Assembly: GCA_944381555.1 (NCBI GenBank)
Contig: CALWLL010000039.1
Coordinates: 1,717 to 65,716, forward strand
Origin: an uncultured Agathobacter sp.
GTDB taxonomy: Bacteria > Bacillota > Clostridia > Lachnospirales > Lachnospiraceae
Direction: 5' to 3'
Length of the DNA: 64,000 bases
Position numbers and translations under genes: made by a program. Shown here piece by piece: positions 38,545-48,542 of this stretch; position 1 is the stretch's first letter; each line of letters opens with the position of its first letter. The notes beneath the pieces are model-generated. The model did not search any database and had not been told where the DNA came from. It saw only the letters and a program-made list of their open reading frames with translations.

Positions 38545-39384
38545 TTATCCTGCTGTGATAACGCACTTGCCCGGTGTTACAATTTCTTCTTCCAGAATAA
38601 TCTCTCCGATGGAATCTGCTGTAATGCTTCCTGCAATTGGATTCTTTACACTGTCGATATGTCCGTTTACGGTTGCGGTTACTTCACTTCGTTCAAAGGA
38701 TAAATCGCAAGCCTCCATCGTGCAGTCCTCCAATACCAGACCTTTGCAGTAGCAAAGCGGCTGGGTTCCTATAATTTTGCAGCGGACAAACCGGATATTC
38801 TCCGCATACCACGCCAGATACTCTCCTTTTACCACAGAATCCTCTATGATTACGTTCTTCGCATGCCAAAAGGCGTCCTTTGTATCCAGTACGCAGTTGC
38901 GGAAATTTACATTCTCTATGTACTGAAAAGAGTATTTTCCTTTCATCTTTAAGTTCCAAATATCCATATTGGTACATTCAAAAAACGGATACTCCCCCTC
39001 AAGCGTTACATTATCTACCGTAATATGATGACTTCTCCATGCAAACTCCGGTGAAATAACATCCGTGTTTTTCAATACAATGTCGCGGCATTCGCGAAGC
39101 GCTTTGATTCCATGCATTTTGCAGTTGTCGATTTCAACACCGTTATCGTACCACAACGCCGCGCGGCATAACTGTGTCATCTCACAATTTGTGATTTTGG
39201 CATTGTCCACATGCCAAAGCGGATAGCGCAGATTAAAATAGGTATCCTCTACCTGAATATCCTTACATTCCTTAAAAGCAGATTCTCCATCTGCCGGTCC
39301 GTCAATCTTACAATTTTTTACAACAGCGCCCTTTAGTCCGTAAAAGGCACGTTCCTCATCATGAATTTCATTGAAATATAACAT
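38545..39384 (-). CDS. DUF3737-like beta-helix repeat protein
   Basis: 279-aa ORF with repeated short beta-helix-like units (N/D-C-x-I/M patterns). The family assignment is from memory only. Confidence 0.45.
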   Translation of the reverse strand: MLYFNEIHDEERAFYGLKGAVVKNCKIDGPADGESAFKECKDIQVEDTYFNLRYPLWHVDNAKITNCEMTQLCRAALWYDNGVEIDNCKMHGIKALRECRDIVLKNTDVISPEFAWRSHHITVDNVTLEGEYPFFECTNMDIWNLKMKGKYSFQYIENVNFRNCVLDTKDAFWHAKNVIIEDSVVKGEYLAWYAENIRFVRCKIIGTQPLCYCKGLVLEDCTMEACDLSFERSEVTATVNGHIDSVKNPIAGSITADSIGEIILEEEIVTPGKCVITAG

Positions 39385-39481
39385 AATTTTTCCTTTTTCT
39401 TTCTATACAAAACTTCCCCTTTGGCTTTGTATCGTAACTAATGTCATTATACCACACAAACCCAAAGGGGAACAATATTTA

Positions 39482-41953
39482 TTATGGCATATAAGCCACT
39501 GTGTATAGAAAACCGCATAAATTGGCGGATTCTGCGCCGTTTACCCCTTCAATGGTAAAAGTCATCACATCCCGTACAACTCCCATTACTTCCCTTTGGA
39601 TACTCTGTGATAAGAGGATTTCCCTGCTGATTGGAATGATTACATCATAGTATTCCGGCTCTCCCATATTATTAAGAACCGCATCATAGATAACCTCTTT
39701 ACCTGCAAAAATACGAATGGATTTGCCATTGTCCTTCTTTGTAAAGGTCGCCAAAAGAGAAGTTCTGTTGATATCGACCAGCATAGTATAGCAAAAGCCG
39801 CCGCCTGCATTTGCATGACGCTTTGTTCCCTGCTCGGTCGAGCCCGCAGAGCCGGCGCCAAATACCGTCATATTGTGAAGGCTGTCGTTTTCGTACTGTC
39901 CATAACCCGGCTGAACCGTATCCAGACAATAACGTTCCAGCAGGATTGCTTTCTGATTTTTTGTATCCCCTTCTTTGTTCTCAGAAGTTTTGTCTGCATA
40001 TCGGAAATACAGCCCATAGCGCTGTGTATGCTGTTTATAGTGGGTTACAAAATACAGGTCTGCATCTGTTCCTGTTAAATGAAAACAAACATCACCCGGC
40101 TTTACGTCTGCGCCGTCCGGATTTTTCTCCTGCCGCTGCATATACTTGTCAATATTTTCCATAAAGACGTCTGCCGTACCCTCTTTGACCATCACAACTT
40201 CGCTTTCGGACGGAAGAATCCCTTTTTCAAAAATACGGTTCTTAGGAATGATAACATCTACGCCCGTAACCGTTTGTACCATATCTTTTGTTCCAAGCAG
40301 GGCACTTAAAACCACCGGTCCATACTTAAATGCATAGGTACTTTTTCCATCTAAAAGCGCGTATGCACGAACCTTCATCGGAAACGTAATTGCAATTTCA
40401 TCCCCTGCATGAAAAACCCCTTGTAATACAGCATATCCGCCGCGTATGCCATCTGCGTTTACACTCTCACCAATGATAGTATAGGCAGCCGGCCGGCCGT
40501 TAAGTACAATCGTTTCTTTTGCCGCAAGCCATTCCGGCAGTCTTAGACAAATAGTTCCTTCAAAATCAGTTTCTATTTGGATTGTGCTTGTATTAGTTCT
40601 AGGAATATCGGTTACCTGCCTGATACTTATATTCTGCTCCTTCCATTCCAGCCGGGAAGAACTATACTGATTCACCACCAGCAGATTGTCCTTTGCAAAA
40701 TAAAAACTCTCCCCCAGTTTCGTAAAATTCTCCATACCCGTACCCGTACAGCACCAGAAGCGGTTAAATGGTTCACCATATACCTTAAAATACCCGCTTG
40801 CCATTGGCTGAAAATAGGTTGTCATTCCACTTTTGGGATTCTGGGAGGACATAATGGAGTTTAAAAACGTATTTTCGTACCAGTCTGCGTAACGCACCTC
40901 ACCCGTAATCTCGTAAAGGAGTTTCGTCAGCTTGAGCATATTATACGCATTGCAGGTCTCGCAGTTGCAGTTTGTTCTTTCCGCGTCCAGTATCCCGTCT
41001 TCTCCAAAATGCTCCCATTCACTGTTGCCTCCCGTGATGTAGCTGTGGTCCTCTGCGACCATATTCCAGAAGGCTTTGGCATATTCAAAATACTGCTTCT
41101 CTCCCGTTACCGTATAACGTTTTAATGCACCCATGAACCTTGGGATGGTTGTGTTGGCATGCCGGTTATTCAGTACATTATCGCCTTTTTGGGCGTGATA
41201 CACTTCTTCGAACAATTCCGTCTGTTCAAAGGCTTCTGCCGCTAGCATATGGTTTCGTTCTCCTGTCTGAAGATACAGGTCGTACATCACATCATTCATC
41301 CCTCCGTACTCTATTTTGAGTACGGTTTGCCGGGTTTCCTTAGACCATCTGCTTGTTCTCTCAAACACCCAGTCTCCTAAACGCGAGCCTGCCGCATAAG
41401 CCTTTTTTCGAAGCTTTGCTCTGCGCGCGTCTTCCTGTAAGCTTTCCGGCATCTGCATTACAGCAACAAGCCCCTCTAAAATCTTGTGCATGGTGTACCA
41501 AGGCACCCATGCCTCCGTAACAATATTCGCCTTCCCTTCTTCTACGTTGTCAAACTGTTTCTCTACGTTATTTTTATCCACAATAACGGCGCCAAAGAGA
41601 AAGCCATTTCCACAAGCCTTCTGGCATTCCTCCATGCCGTCTAACAACACCTTTAAAATATCATATAACTTATCTTTATTTTCCGAAGATACATTTGCTG
41701 ATTCATAGGCGTGCACACAGGCTGTCATATAATGTCCCAGTGTGTGTCCGCCAATCAGCATATTTTCCCAGCCGTCATACCGTACTGCGTTGCGCATATC
41801 TACGCCTGCTGTTTCGCGAAATCCCGCCAGTAATCTGTCCACATCAAAGGAAGTTAAATATTCTACTTCTTTTTCGAGAGCATTCACGAAGTATGCATTT
41901 TCTAAATACACCTCATCCAGCGAAAAACACTTTAATCCCTTCAGCTCCATCAT
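39482..41953 (-). CDS. glycoside hydrolase family 127 (beta-L-arabinofuranosidase-like, DUF1680)
   Basis: HTLGHYMTA, YITGGNSEWEHF and RFWCCTGTGMENF motifs are typical of GH127. The start is taken at the ATGATG next to AGGAGGG; the ORF track extends to 42028. Confidence 0.7.
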   Translation of the reverse strand: MMELKGLKCFSLDEVYLENAYFVNALEKEVEYLTSFDVDRLLAGFRETAGVDMRNAVRYDGWENMLIGGHTLGHYMTACVHAYESANVSSENKDKLYDILKVLLDGMEECQKACGNGFLFGAVIVDKNNVEKQFDNVEEGKANIVTEAWVPWYTMHKILEGLVAVMQMPESLQEDARRAKLRKKAYAAGSRLGDWVFERTSRWSKETRQTVLKIEYGGMNDVMYDLYLQTGERNHMLAAEAFEQTELFEEVYHAQKGDNVLNNRHANTTIPRFMGALKRYTVTGEKQYFEYAKAFWNMVAEDHSYITGGNSEWEHFGEDGILDAERTNCNCETCNAYNMLKLTKLLYEITGEVRYADWYENTFLNSIMSSQNPKSGMTTYFQPMASGYFKVYGEPFNRFWCCTGTGMENFTKLGESFYFAKDNLLVVNQYSSSRLEWKEQNISIRQVTDIPRTNTSTIQIETDFEGTICLRLPEWLAAKETIVLNGRPAAYTIIGESVNADGIRGGYAVLQGVFHAGDEIAITFPMKVRAYALLDGKSTYAFKYGPVVLSALLGTKDMVQTVTGVDVIIPKNRIFEKGILPSESEVVMVKEGTADVFMENIDKYMQRQEKNPDGADVKPGDVCFHLTGTDADLYFVTHYKQHTQRYGLYFRYADKTSENKEGDTKNQKAILLERYCLDTVQPGYGQYENDSLHNMTVFGAGSAGSTEQGTKRHANAGGGFCYTMLVDINRTSLLATFTKKDNGKSIRIFAGKEVIYDAVLNNMGEPEYYDVIIPISREILLSQSIQREVMGVVRDVMTFTIEGVNGAESANLCGFLYTVAYMP

Positions 41954-42084
41954 TTCCCTCCTGTCTGCGCATATTTGCCTTTTCGCAGATACTCTGAAAG
42001 TATAACATTCCTGCCTTTTTTGTGACATAGCAAAATCGTCTTAATCGGTGTAAAAAAGTTATTTCATATGAAAATAAAAAATGC

Positions 42085-42090
42085 TATAAT
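42085..42090 (+). promoter_or_regulatory. extended -10 element (TGcTATAAT) upstream of pfk
   Basis: TGCTATAAT lies 50 nt upstream of the ATG. The -35 is weak. Confidence 0.4.
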
Positions 42091-42141
42091 AATGTCAGAC
42101 ATTTAATTTGTAATATGGGATTTATTTTTAAGGAGGTAACT

Positions 42142-43377
42142 ATGGTAGGTAACGTTGTTGTTGGACAGTCTGGCGGTCCTACATCTGTAATCAATTCCAG
42201 TCTTGCCGGTGTATACAAGACTGCAAAAGACCTTGGCGCGCCAAAAGTATATGGTATGCGTCATGGTATTCAGGGATTTTTAGAAAGAAATCTTGTGGAT
42301 TTAGATGATAAGCTGCGTTCTGAGATGGATATTGAGCTGTTAAAACGAACTCCATCCGCATATCTTGGTTCCTGTAGGTTTAAGCTGCCGGAATATGAGA
42401 TAAATCCGGAAATGTACGATAAGATTTTTGCACTATTAGAAGAATTAGAAATTGTTGCATTCTTCTATATCGGCGGCAACGACTCTATGGATACCATCAA
42501 TAAACTTTCCAAACATGCGGCAAAAATCAATAGTCCAATCCGTTTTATCGGTGTTCCAAAAACGATTGATAACGACTTGGACGTAACTGACCATACGCCC
42601 GGCTTTGGCAGCGCCGCAAAATACATTGCATCTGTTTCAAAAGAATTAATCCGCGATGGTCTTGTCTATGACCAGAAACAGATTACCATCATCGAAATCA
42701 TGGGACGTAATGCCGGCTGGCTTACCGCAGCCGCAGCGCTCGCAAAATCTGAAGACTGCGAGGGCGTAGATTTATTGTATCTGCCGGAGCTTCCATTTGA
42801 CATTGAAAAATTCCTTGATAAAGTTGAACGGCTGTTCTTAACCAAGAAAGCTCTCGTTGTAGCCGTTTCTGAAGGTATTAAAACGGCCGATGGAAAATAT
42901 GTATTCGAACAGGGAGTACACACCGAATACGTTGACGCCTTCGGTCACAAACAGTTAAGCGGTACTGCTACATATCTGGCAAATCTCTGCGGACAGAAAT
43001 TTGGCTGTAAGGCTCGCGCCGTAGAACTTGCTACGCTTCAAAGATGTGCAGGACACCTTACCTCCCGTGTCGATATCACAGAGGCTTATCAGGTAGGCGG
43101 TACAGCCGTATCTGCTGCCTTTTCCGGCGAAACAGGCAAGATGGTTATTTTAAAACGCGTTTCTTCTGACCCGTATATCTGCACGACAGATCTCTATGAT
43201 GTGGATAAAATTGCCAACGTAGAAAAGAAAGTTCCATTAGAATGGATCACAGAAGACGGCACCAATGTCAGCTCTGAGTTAATTAACTACATTCGTCCAC
43301 TCATTCAGGCTGAACTATCTCCTATTATGATTACAGGCCAGCCAAGACATATAGTAGTGGATATTGACAGGATTTAA
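42142..43377 (+). CDS. 6-phosphofructokinase family, probably PPi-dependent
   Basis: The ATG at 42142 lies after AAGGAGG. Motifs are GQSGGPTSVIN and PKTIDND. GGNDS replaces the ATP-type GGDGS, and an Asp at that position is typical of PPi-PFK. Confidence 0.75.
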   Translation: MVGNVVVGQSGGPTSVINSSLAGVYKTAKDLGAPKVYGMRHGIQGFLERNLVDLDDKLRSEMDIELLKRTPSAYLGSCRFKLPEYEINPEMYDKIFALLEELEIVAFFYIGGNDSMDTINKLSKHAAKINSPIRFIGVPKTIDNDLDVTDHTPGFGSAAKYIASVSKELIRDGLVYDQKQITIIEIMGRNAGWLTAAAALAKSEDCEGVDLLYLPELPFDIEKFLDKVERLFLTKKALVVAVSEGIKTADGKYVFEQGVHTEYVDAFGHKQLSGTATYLANLCGQKFGCKARAVELATLQRCAGHLTSRVDITEAYQVGGTAVSAAFSGETGKMVILKRVSSDPYICTTDLYDVDKIANVEKKVPLEWITEDGTNVSSELINYIRPLIQAELSPIMITGQPRHIVVDIDRI

Positions 43378-43427
43378 AAGCCTCGGTATCCTTTTAGGCA
43401 GTTAAAAAGGGCTTCTATGGTCTCTTT

Positions 43428-44339
43428 TTAGCTGCCGCTGTTTTTGCCCTCTGCTTCTGTCTCTATTTTAAAATCCTTCGGATCCATACCGTATATCTGA
43501 ACAATCTCGACTTTATCCGAATGAAGCAAATCATACGGCGTTACAAGTCTTCCTCCGTCAAAATCCAAATCATACCCAAAATGATTCCATGCATACCATG
43601 CAAGATAAGCACATTGAAGTCCAAATTGCCATTCATCCGGATACGGGGCTTTGTCTCCGATAAACCCCGCCGTCAATTTATACGGAACTCCCACTAATGT
43701 TGATTTCGCATATTTTACAACCTCTTTCTGTTCTTCTGGTGTTATATCCTTTACACGAAGGACTGCATAATTAGAATAGCTGCACCAGTTGTCTGTACTC
43801 CCATACGCAGAGTCTGTTCCAAGCACAACACATTCCAAAGTCGTATTCTCATCTATAACAAGAGCTGCATGACCGTGATTCCAGCCAAGAGAATGTGTAG
43901 ACAACGTGACGATAATATCGCCGGGCTGCAAATCTACCAGCGGTGTTCCCTCACCATACTCTATATCGCTTTCCTTCACTTCTTCCTCCGGTGTTTGAAC
44001 CAGACGGTCTTCTCTTGTAAACCAGCCAAGCAATGCCACGCATTCCACCTCCGGCGTCTGGAAGAATGCATCCTGTGCATCCAGAATGGTTTGAAAATCA
44101 TCTTCTTCTAACAACTTATCCACCGCAGATTTTCCCAGTCCCGTCTGCATAAAAATTGTCTCATAATCCGACTCCTCTGTCAGGGTAACCCTTTCATAAT
44201 CCGGGACAAAATATCCTTCCCTGTGTGCCCAGTAGCGCTGAAGAATATAAAAAAGAAACAGCAGGCTGACGATAAGGATAAATATTGCAATTAAGATTCT
44301 GCGAAATGTAATTTTCTTTTTTCTCAATGCTGCTTTCAT
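43428..44339 (-). CDS. membrane-anchored protein, possible permuted papain-like (YiiX/C92-type) hydrolase
   Basis: It has an N-terminal TM helix. A His (GWNHGHAALV) precedes a Cys (LQCAYLAWYAW), as in permuted NlpC/P60-like folds. Weak call. Confidence 0.35.
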   Translation of the reverse strand: MKAALRKKKITFRRILIAIFILIVSLLFLFYILQRYWAHREGYFVPDYERVTLTEESDYETIFMQTGLGKSAVDKLLEEDDFQTILDAQDAFFQTPEVECVALLGWFTREDRLVQTPEEEVKESDIEYGEGTPLVDLQPGDIIVTLSTHSLGWNHGHAALVIDENTTLECVVLGTDSAYGSTDNWCSYSNYAVLRVKDITPEEQKEVVKYAKSTLVGVPYKLTAGFIGDKAPYPDEWQFGLQCAYLAWYAWNHFGYDLDFDGGRLVTPYDLLHSDKVEIVQIYGMDPKDFKIETEAEGKNSGS

Positions 44340-44422
44340 AATAAGAACTCCGTTTCGGTAAAATGATTTCACTTATTAGTATAACTCAACCACAGACATT
44401 TTAAAATCAAAAGATATTTTCT

Positions 44423-44451
44423 TTGAACAAATACCTCATCTGTAGTATAAT
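44423..44451 (+). promoter_or_regulatory. sigma-A promoter of the HD-NrnA-NrnA-SurE operon
   Basis: TTGAAC-17 nt-TATAAT. Confidence 0.65.
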
Positions 44452-44521
44452 GTAATGTAATACTCTGCTTTCGGCAATGCGTATTAACCATTCGCCTGAG
44501 GCGAAAACAGGAGGTGTAACT

Positions 44522-45745
44522 ATGGAATTAAAATACGAAACCCTTTCCGATTCACTTTGCAGACAGTTGGAACAGGATTTTGCATCCCGCACCTTAACTG
44601 ATGGGGCAGTTAAGGATAGTGATATTATTCGTCGAAATACCTATGCCAGAGATAATGCATCTCTATGGCGTCCGCCGTTCGTGCATGACATTGATAAAAT
44701 CATGCATTGTCCATACTACAATCGCTACGCCGATAAGACACAGGTATTTTCCCTGATTAAAAACGATGACGTAACCCGCAGAAGTCTTCATGTGCAGTTA
44801 GTTTCGCGTATCGCACGAAATATCGGCCGCGCACTGAGCTTAAATCTGGACTTGATTGAAGCAATTTCTCTGGGACATGATATGGGACATGCGCCATTTG
44901 GACATACCGGAGAGAAATATTTAGATGAGCTGTATTCCAAATATGCCGGCCGCCATTTTTATCATAATATCCAATCTGTCCGTGTGCTGGATAATATATT
45001 TCCATACAATGTCAGTCTTCAGACCTTAGACGGCATTGCCTGCCACAACGGCGAAATAGAACTGGAGGAATACCACCCGGTGCCGCTTACCAGCTTTAAG
45101 GAATTTGACGCAATGATGGAACGCTGCTATACGGATGTACCTTTTGCGAAAAAGCTTCTTCCTTCTACTCTGGAGGGCTGCGTGGTCCGCATTTCAGATA
45201 TTATCGCTTATCTTGGAAAAGACCGTCAGGACGCCGCCCGTATGAACCTCATTGATGAGGAAGCATTTGTTAATGAAGGAATTGGTTCTATCAATGCCGA
45301 AATCATCAATAATCTGGTGGTAAATATTATCGAAAACAGTTATGGAAAGCCCTATATCAAAATGGATTCCGAACATTTTGAGGCGCTTCGCTCTACCAAA
45401 CGCGACAATTACCAGATGATTTACGGAAGGGACACTTCCCGCGTGCAGCTTGCACATAGCGTGAAACCTATGATGGAAGAAATTTACGGTCAGCTTTTAG
45501 ACGACTTAAGGGCAGGCAACAAAAACTCTCCTGTTTTTACGCATCATATTGCATATCTTAATCAGGTACATTATACGCGTACAACTCCGTATGAAAATAC
45601 AGAGCCTAACCAGATTGTCGTAGACTATATTGCCAGCATGACGGATGACTATTTCATTGATCTGCATCACTATATGTATCCTGACAGCACCCTTAAGGTG
45701 GAATATGTAGGATATTTTGAACCAATGCATTTACTTTCAGAATAA
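44522..45745 (+). CDS. HD-domain dNTP triphosphohydrolase-like protein (dGTPase family)
   Basis: The ATG lies after AGGAGGTG. Motifs include PFVHDIDKIMHCPYYNRYADKTQVF, RRSLHVQLVSRIARNIG and GHDMGHAPFGHTGE. Confidence 0.8.
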   Translation: MELKYETLSDSLCRQLEQDFASRTLTDGAVKDSDIIRRNTYARDNASLWRPPFVHDIDKIMHCPYYNRYADKTQVFSLIKNDDVTRRSLHVQLVSRIARNIGRALSLNLDLIEAISLGHDMGHAPFGHTGEKYLDELYSKYAGRHFYHNIQSVRVLDNIFPYNVSLQTLDGIACHNGEIELEEYHPVPLTSFKEFDAMMERCYTDVPFAKKLLPSTLEGCVVRISDIIAYLGKDRQDAARMNLIDEEAFVNEGIGSINAEIINNLVVNIIENSYGKPYIKMDSEHFEALRSTKRDNYQMIYGRDTSRVQLAHSVKPMMEEIYGQLLDDLRAGNKNSPVFTHHIAYLNQVHYTRTTPYENTEPNQIVVDYIASMTDDYFIDLHHYMYPDSTLKVEYVGYFEPMHLLSE

Positions 45746-45756
45746 GGGAGATTCTT

Positions 45757-46704
45757 ATGTATAACAGAATTTTAGAAGAAATAACAAAATACAACCGAAT
45801 CATTCTTCACCGCCATAACAAGCCGGATGGAGATGCTCTCGGAAGCCAGATAGGCCTTAAACATATTTTAAAAGAAAATTTTCCAAAAAAAGAAGTTTAC
45901 GTTGTAGGCGATTCGGCAGGGCGTTATGATTTTATGGAGGACTCTGTAATGGATGAGATCACAGATGATTTATATGAAGACGCACTTGCAGTTGTCTTAG
46001 ACTGCGGCTCCTCACATTTAATCAGTGATGAACGCTATAAACTTGCGGCAAGCACCGTCCGTTTTGACCATCACATCTTCTGTGAAGAAATCTGTGGTCT
46101 TGAAATCGTAGACACTTCTTTTGAAAGCTGCTGCGGATTGATTACAGACTTTGCCAGAGAATGTGGACTTAAAGTCCCTTCTCTTGCCGCAAAATCTCTA
46201 TATACCGGAATGGTAACCGATTCCGGCCGCTTCCGTTATGATGCAACCAGCTCCCGCACTTTTGCATTAGCTTCTTTCTTAATGGAGCAGGATTTTGATA
46301 TTGAAGAAATCTACCGAAACCTCTATGCAGAAGATTTTGAGGGCAAAAAGCTCCGCGCGCAATTCCTGTTAAAAGTACAGTTTACCAAGCATAATGTTGC
46401 GTATATCTATACCACGCTTGAGGAATTGAAAACCTTAAACAAAGACACCTTCTCTATCTCAAGAGGCATGGTCGGTACTATGGCAGATACCAAAGGCGTT
46501 GATATATGGGTAAACTTCACAGAAACGGAAGATGGCGTTCTCTGCGAGCTTCGTTCCGGCTGCTATAACATTAACCCAATCGCCGTAAAATACGGGGGCG
46601 GCGGTCACCAGAAAGCCAGCGGCGCAACGGTAGCAGACAAAGAAGAGGCTATGGCTATGCTTGCAGATTTAGATGCCATGATAGAAAACGGCATTGCATT
46701 ATAA
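45757..46704 (+). CDS. DHH/DHHA1 phosphoesterase (NrnA-like nanoRNase/pAp phosphatase)
   Basis: 315-aa ORF with HRHNKPDGDALGS, DHH (RFDHHIF) and GGGH motifs. Confidence 0.8.
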   Translation: MYNRILEEITKYNRIILHRHNKPDGDALGSQIGLKHILKENFPKKEVYVVGDSAGRYDFMEDSVMDEITDDLYEDALAVVLDCGSSHLISDERYKLAASTVRFDHHIFCEEICGLEIVDTSFESCCGLITDFARECGLKVPSLAAKSLYTGMVTDSGRFRYDATSSRTFALASFLMEQDFDIEEIYRNLYAEDFEGKKLRAQFLLKVQFTKHNVAYIYTTLEELKTLNKDTFSISRGMVGTMADTKGVDIWVNFTETEDGVLCELRSGCYNINPIAVKYGGGGHQKASGATVADKEEAMAMLADLDAMIENGIAL

Positions 46705-46735
46705 AAAATGAAAACAATTTAGAAAAGAGGAACAC

Positions 46736-47734
46736 ATGAGTACAACTACTAATTTAGAAATCATGGAGAAAATTCTCCAAAAAATAAAAGAATATAACAG
46801 AATCCTGATTTTCCGTCACTTTAGACCGGACGGAGACTGCGTAGGCGCAACAAAAGGATTACAGGAGATTTTACGAATCTCATATCCCGAAAAAGAAATT
46901 CTCCTTGTAAACGAGGACTATGCAAAATACTTAGAATTTCTCGGACCGGAAGACGGCGAAATTCCAGAAGAGAAATTTGCCGATGCACTTGGTATCGCCG
47001 TTGATACCGGAAGCCTGGACCGTCTTTCCAGCAAAAAATTCCCTCTTTGTAAGGAAACCATAAAAATTGACCACCATATTGATAATACGCCATACGGAGA
47101 TTACTCCTGGGTAGAAGATTTTCGTTCTTCTGCCTGTGAAATGATTGTAAAATTCTATGATACTTTCCGTGATGAACTAAAAATCAACGAAAAAGCGGCC
47201 TTTTATCTCTATACCGGCATGGTAACCGATTCCGGCCGTTTCAAATATGAAGATGTATCCGGTGATACACTCCGCCTTGCAGGAATTCTCTTAGATCAGG
47301 GCATCAATACCGAATGGCTTTTTGCAAACCTCTACTTAGACGAATTCAGCCAGTTGAAATTCAAATCTCATGTATATGACAAGATGCAGATTACAGAGCA
47401 CGGGGTTGCTTACATCTACATCGATAAAGCAATGCAGGAGGAATTTCATCTCTCACTAGAGTATGCCAGCACCGCCATTTCCTATATGGATTCCATCAAG
47501 GGCTGCCTTTCCTGGCTGGCATTTATCGAAACCGGAGATGAAGACGGAACCATCCGCGTACGTCTTCGTTCCCGCTTCGCCGCAATCAATACCATTGCAG
47601 AAAAATACCGGGGCGGCGGTCACGCCTTTGCCTGCGGTGCAACCGTTTATAATATGGATGAAATAAACGCTCTTATTGCGGATACAGATGCACTTATCAA
47701 AGACTACAAAGAAACACATGAGGGCTGGCTATAA
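46736..47734 (+). CDS. DHH/DHHA1 phosphoesterase (second NrnA-like paralogue)
   Basis: 332-aa ORF with FRHFRPDGDCVGA, IDHHI and GGGH motifs. Confidence 0.8.
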   Translation: MSTTTNLEIMEKILQKIKEYNRILIFRHFRPDGDCVGATKGLQEILRISYPEKEILLVNEDYAKYLEFLGPEDGEIPEEKFADALGIAVDTGSLDRLSSKKFPLCKETIKIDHHIDNTPYGDYSWVEDFRSSACEMIVKFYDTFRDELKINEKAAFYLYTGMVTDSGRFKYEDVSGDTLRLAGILLDQGINTEWLFANLYLDEFSQLKFKSHVYDKMQITEHGVAYIYIDKAMQEEFHLSLEYASTAISYMDSIKGCLSWLAFIETGDEDGTIRVRLRSRFAAINTIAEKYRGGGHAFACGATVYNMDEINALIADTDALIKDYKETHEGWL

Positions 47735-48462
47735 TGAGAATCTTAATTACAAATGATGACAGCATCTCTTCGCCGGTACTTCTTTCCCTGATTCAATGGG
47801 CGCAAAAGTTTGGCGAGGTAACAACTGTCGTTCCGAAATACGAGCAGAGTGGCAAGAGTCACAGTATTGAACTTCGACATCCTTTTGAAGTAGAAAGAGT
47901 AGAACTCTCGCCCGGAGTTTATGTTTACACTGTCGATTCTGCTCCGGCAGACTGTGTACGGTACGCAGTTCTTGGCTTAGGCATGGAATTCGATTTGATT
48001 ATCTCCGGTATTAATAAAGGGTTAAACATCGGGATTGACACCCTATATTCCGGTACTGCTGCTGCTCTTTTTGAAGCCGGATGCTGTAAAATTCCTGCCA
48101 TTGCTCTCTCTACAAATCCGGAAAGTTTTGAGGATGCGCTTGCACATCTTGATCAGGTATATGATTTCTTTTTGGAACATAAACTTATGGAAAAACACTC
48201 CTTGTATAATGTCAACATTCCGGTTGGAACCAATGGAACGATTCGCATTACAAGACAGGGTGGCAGATATTATTCTGATGACTTCGCCCATGAAGAAGAC
48301 AATATGGTAAGACCGATTGGTAAGTCTGTATTTGAGCCATGTGGCTTGGAAGACGTTGACACAGATGCAGTTTTGCATTACAAATACATCTCTATCTCAC
48401 CAATGACAATCATTCGTACGGATATGAAGGTATTTGAAGCGTTAAAAGAATTGAATAAATAA
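47734..48462 (+). CDS. surE: 5'/3'-nucleotidase SurE
   Basis: MRILITNDDSISSP, INKGLNIG and SGTAAA motifs. Its start overlaps the previous stop (TAATG). Confidence 0.88.
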   Translation: MRILITNDDSISSPVLLSLIQWAQKFGEVTTVVPKYEQSGKSHSIELRHPFEVERVELSPGVYVYTVDSAPADCVRYAVLGLGMEFDLIISGINKGLNIGIDTLYSGTAAALFEAGCCKIPAIALSTNPESFEDALAHLDQVYDFFLEHKLMEKHSLYNVNIPVGTNGTIRITRQGGRYYSDDFAHEEDNMVRPIGKSVFEPCGLEDVDTDAVLHYKYISISPMTIIRTDMKVFEALKELNK

Positions 48463-48485
48463 ATATTCACACATATATTTATACC

Positions 48486-48517
48486 GAAAAAGAGAGAACG
48501 CTCGTTCTCTCTTTTTC
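48486..48517. terminator. bidirectional terminator
   Basis: AAAAA-GAGAGAACG-CT-CGTTCTCTC-TTTTT between convergent genes. Confidence 0.8.
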
Positions 48518-48542
48518 ATGTAAATTCTATTAAACTAGCATA

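Noticed and set aside
44522-45745. dGTPase-family HD protein as an anti-phage dNTP-depletion defence gene.
   Set aside because: It is the first gene of a housekeeping-looking nucleotide-turnover operon (NrnA, NrnA, SurE). No neighbouring defence, mobile or toxin genes are present, so salvage or metabolism is the simpler reading.
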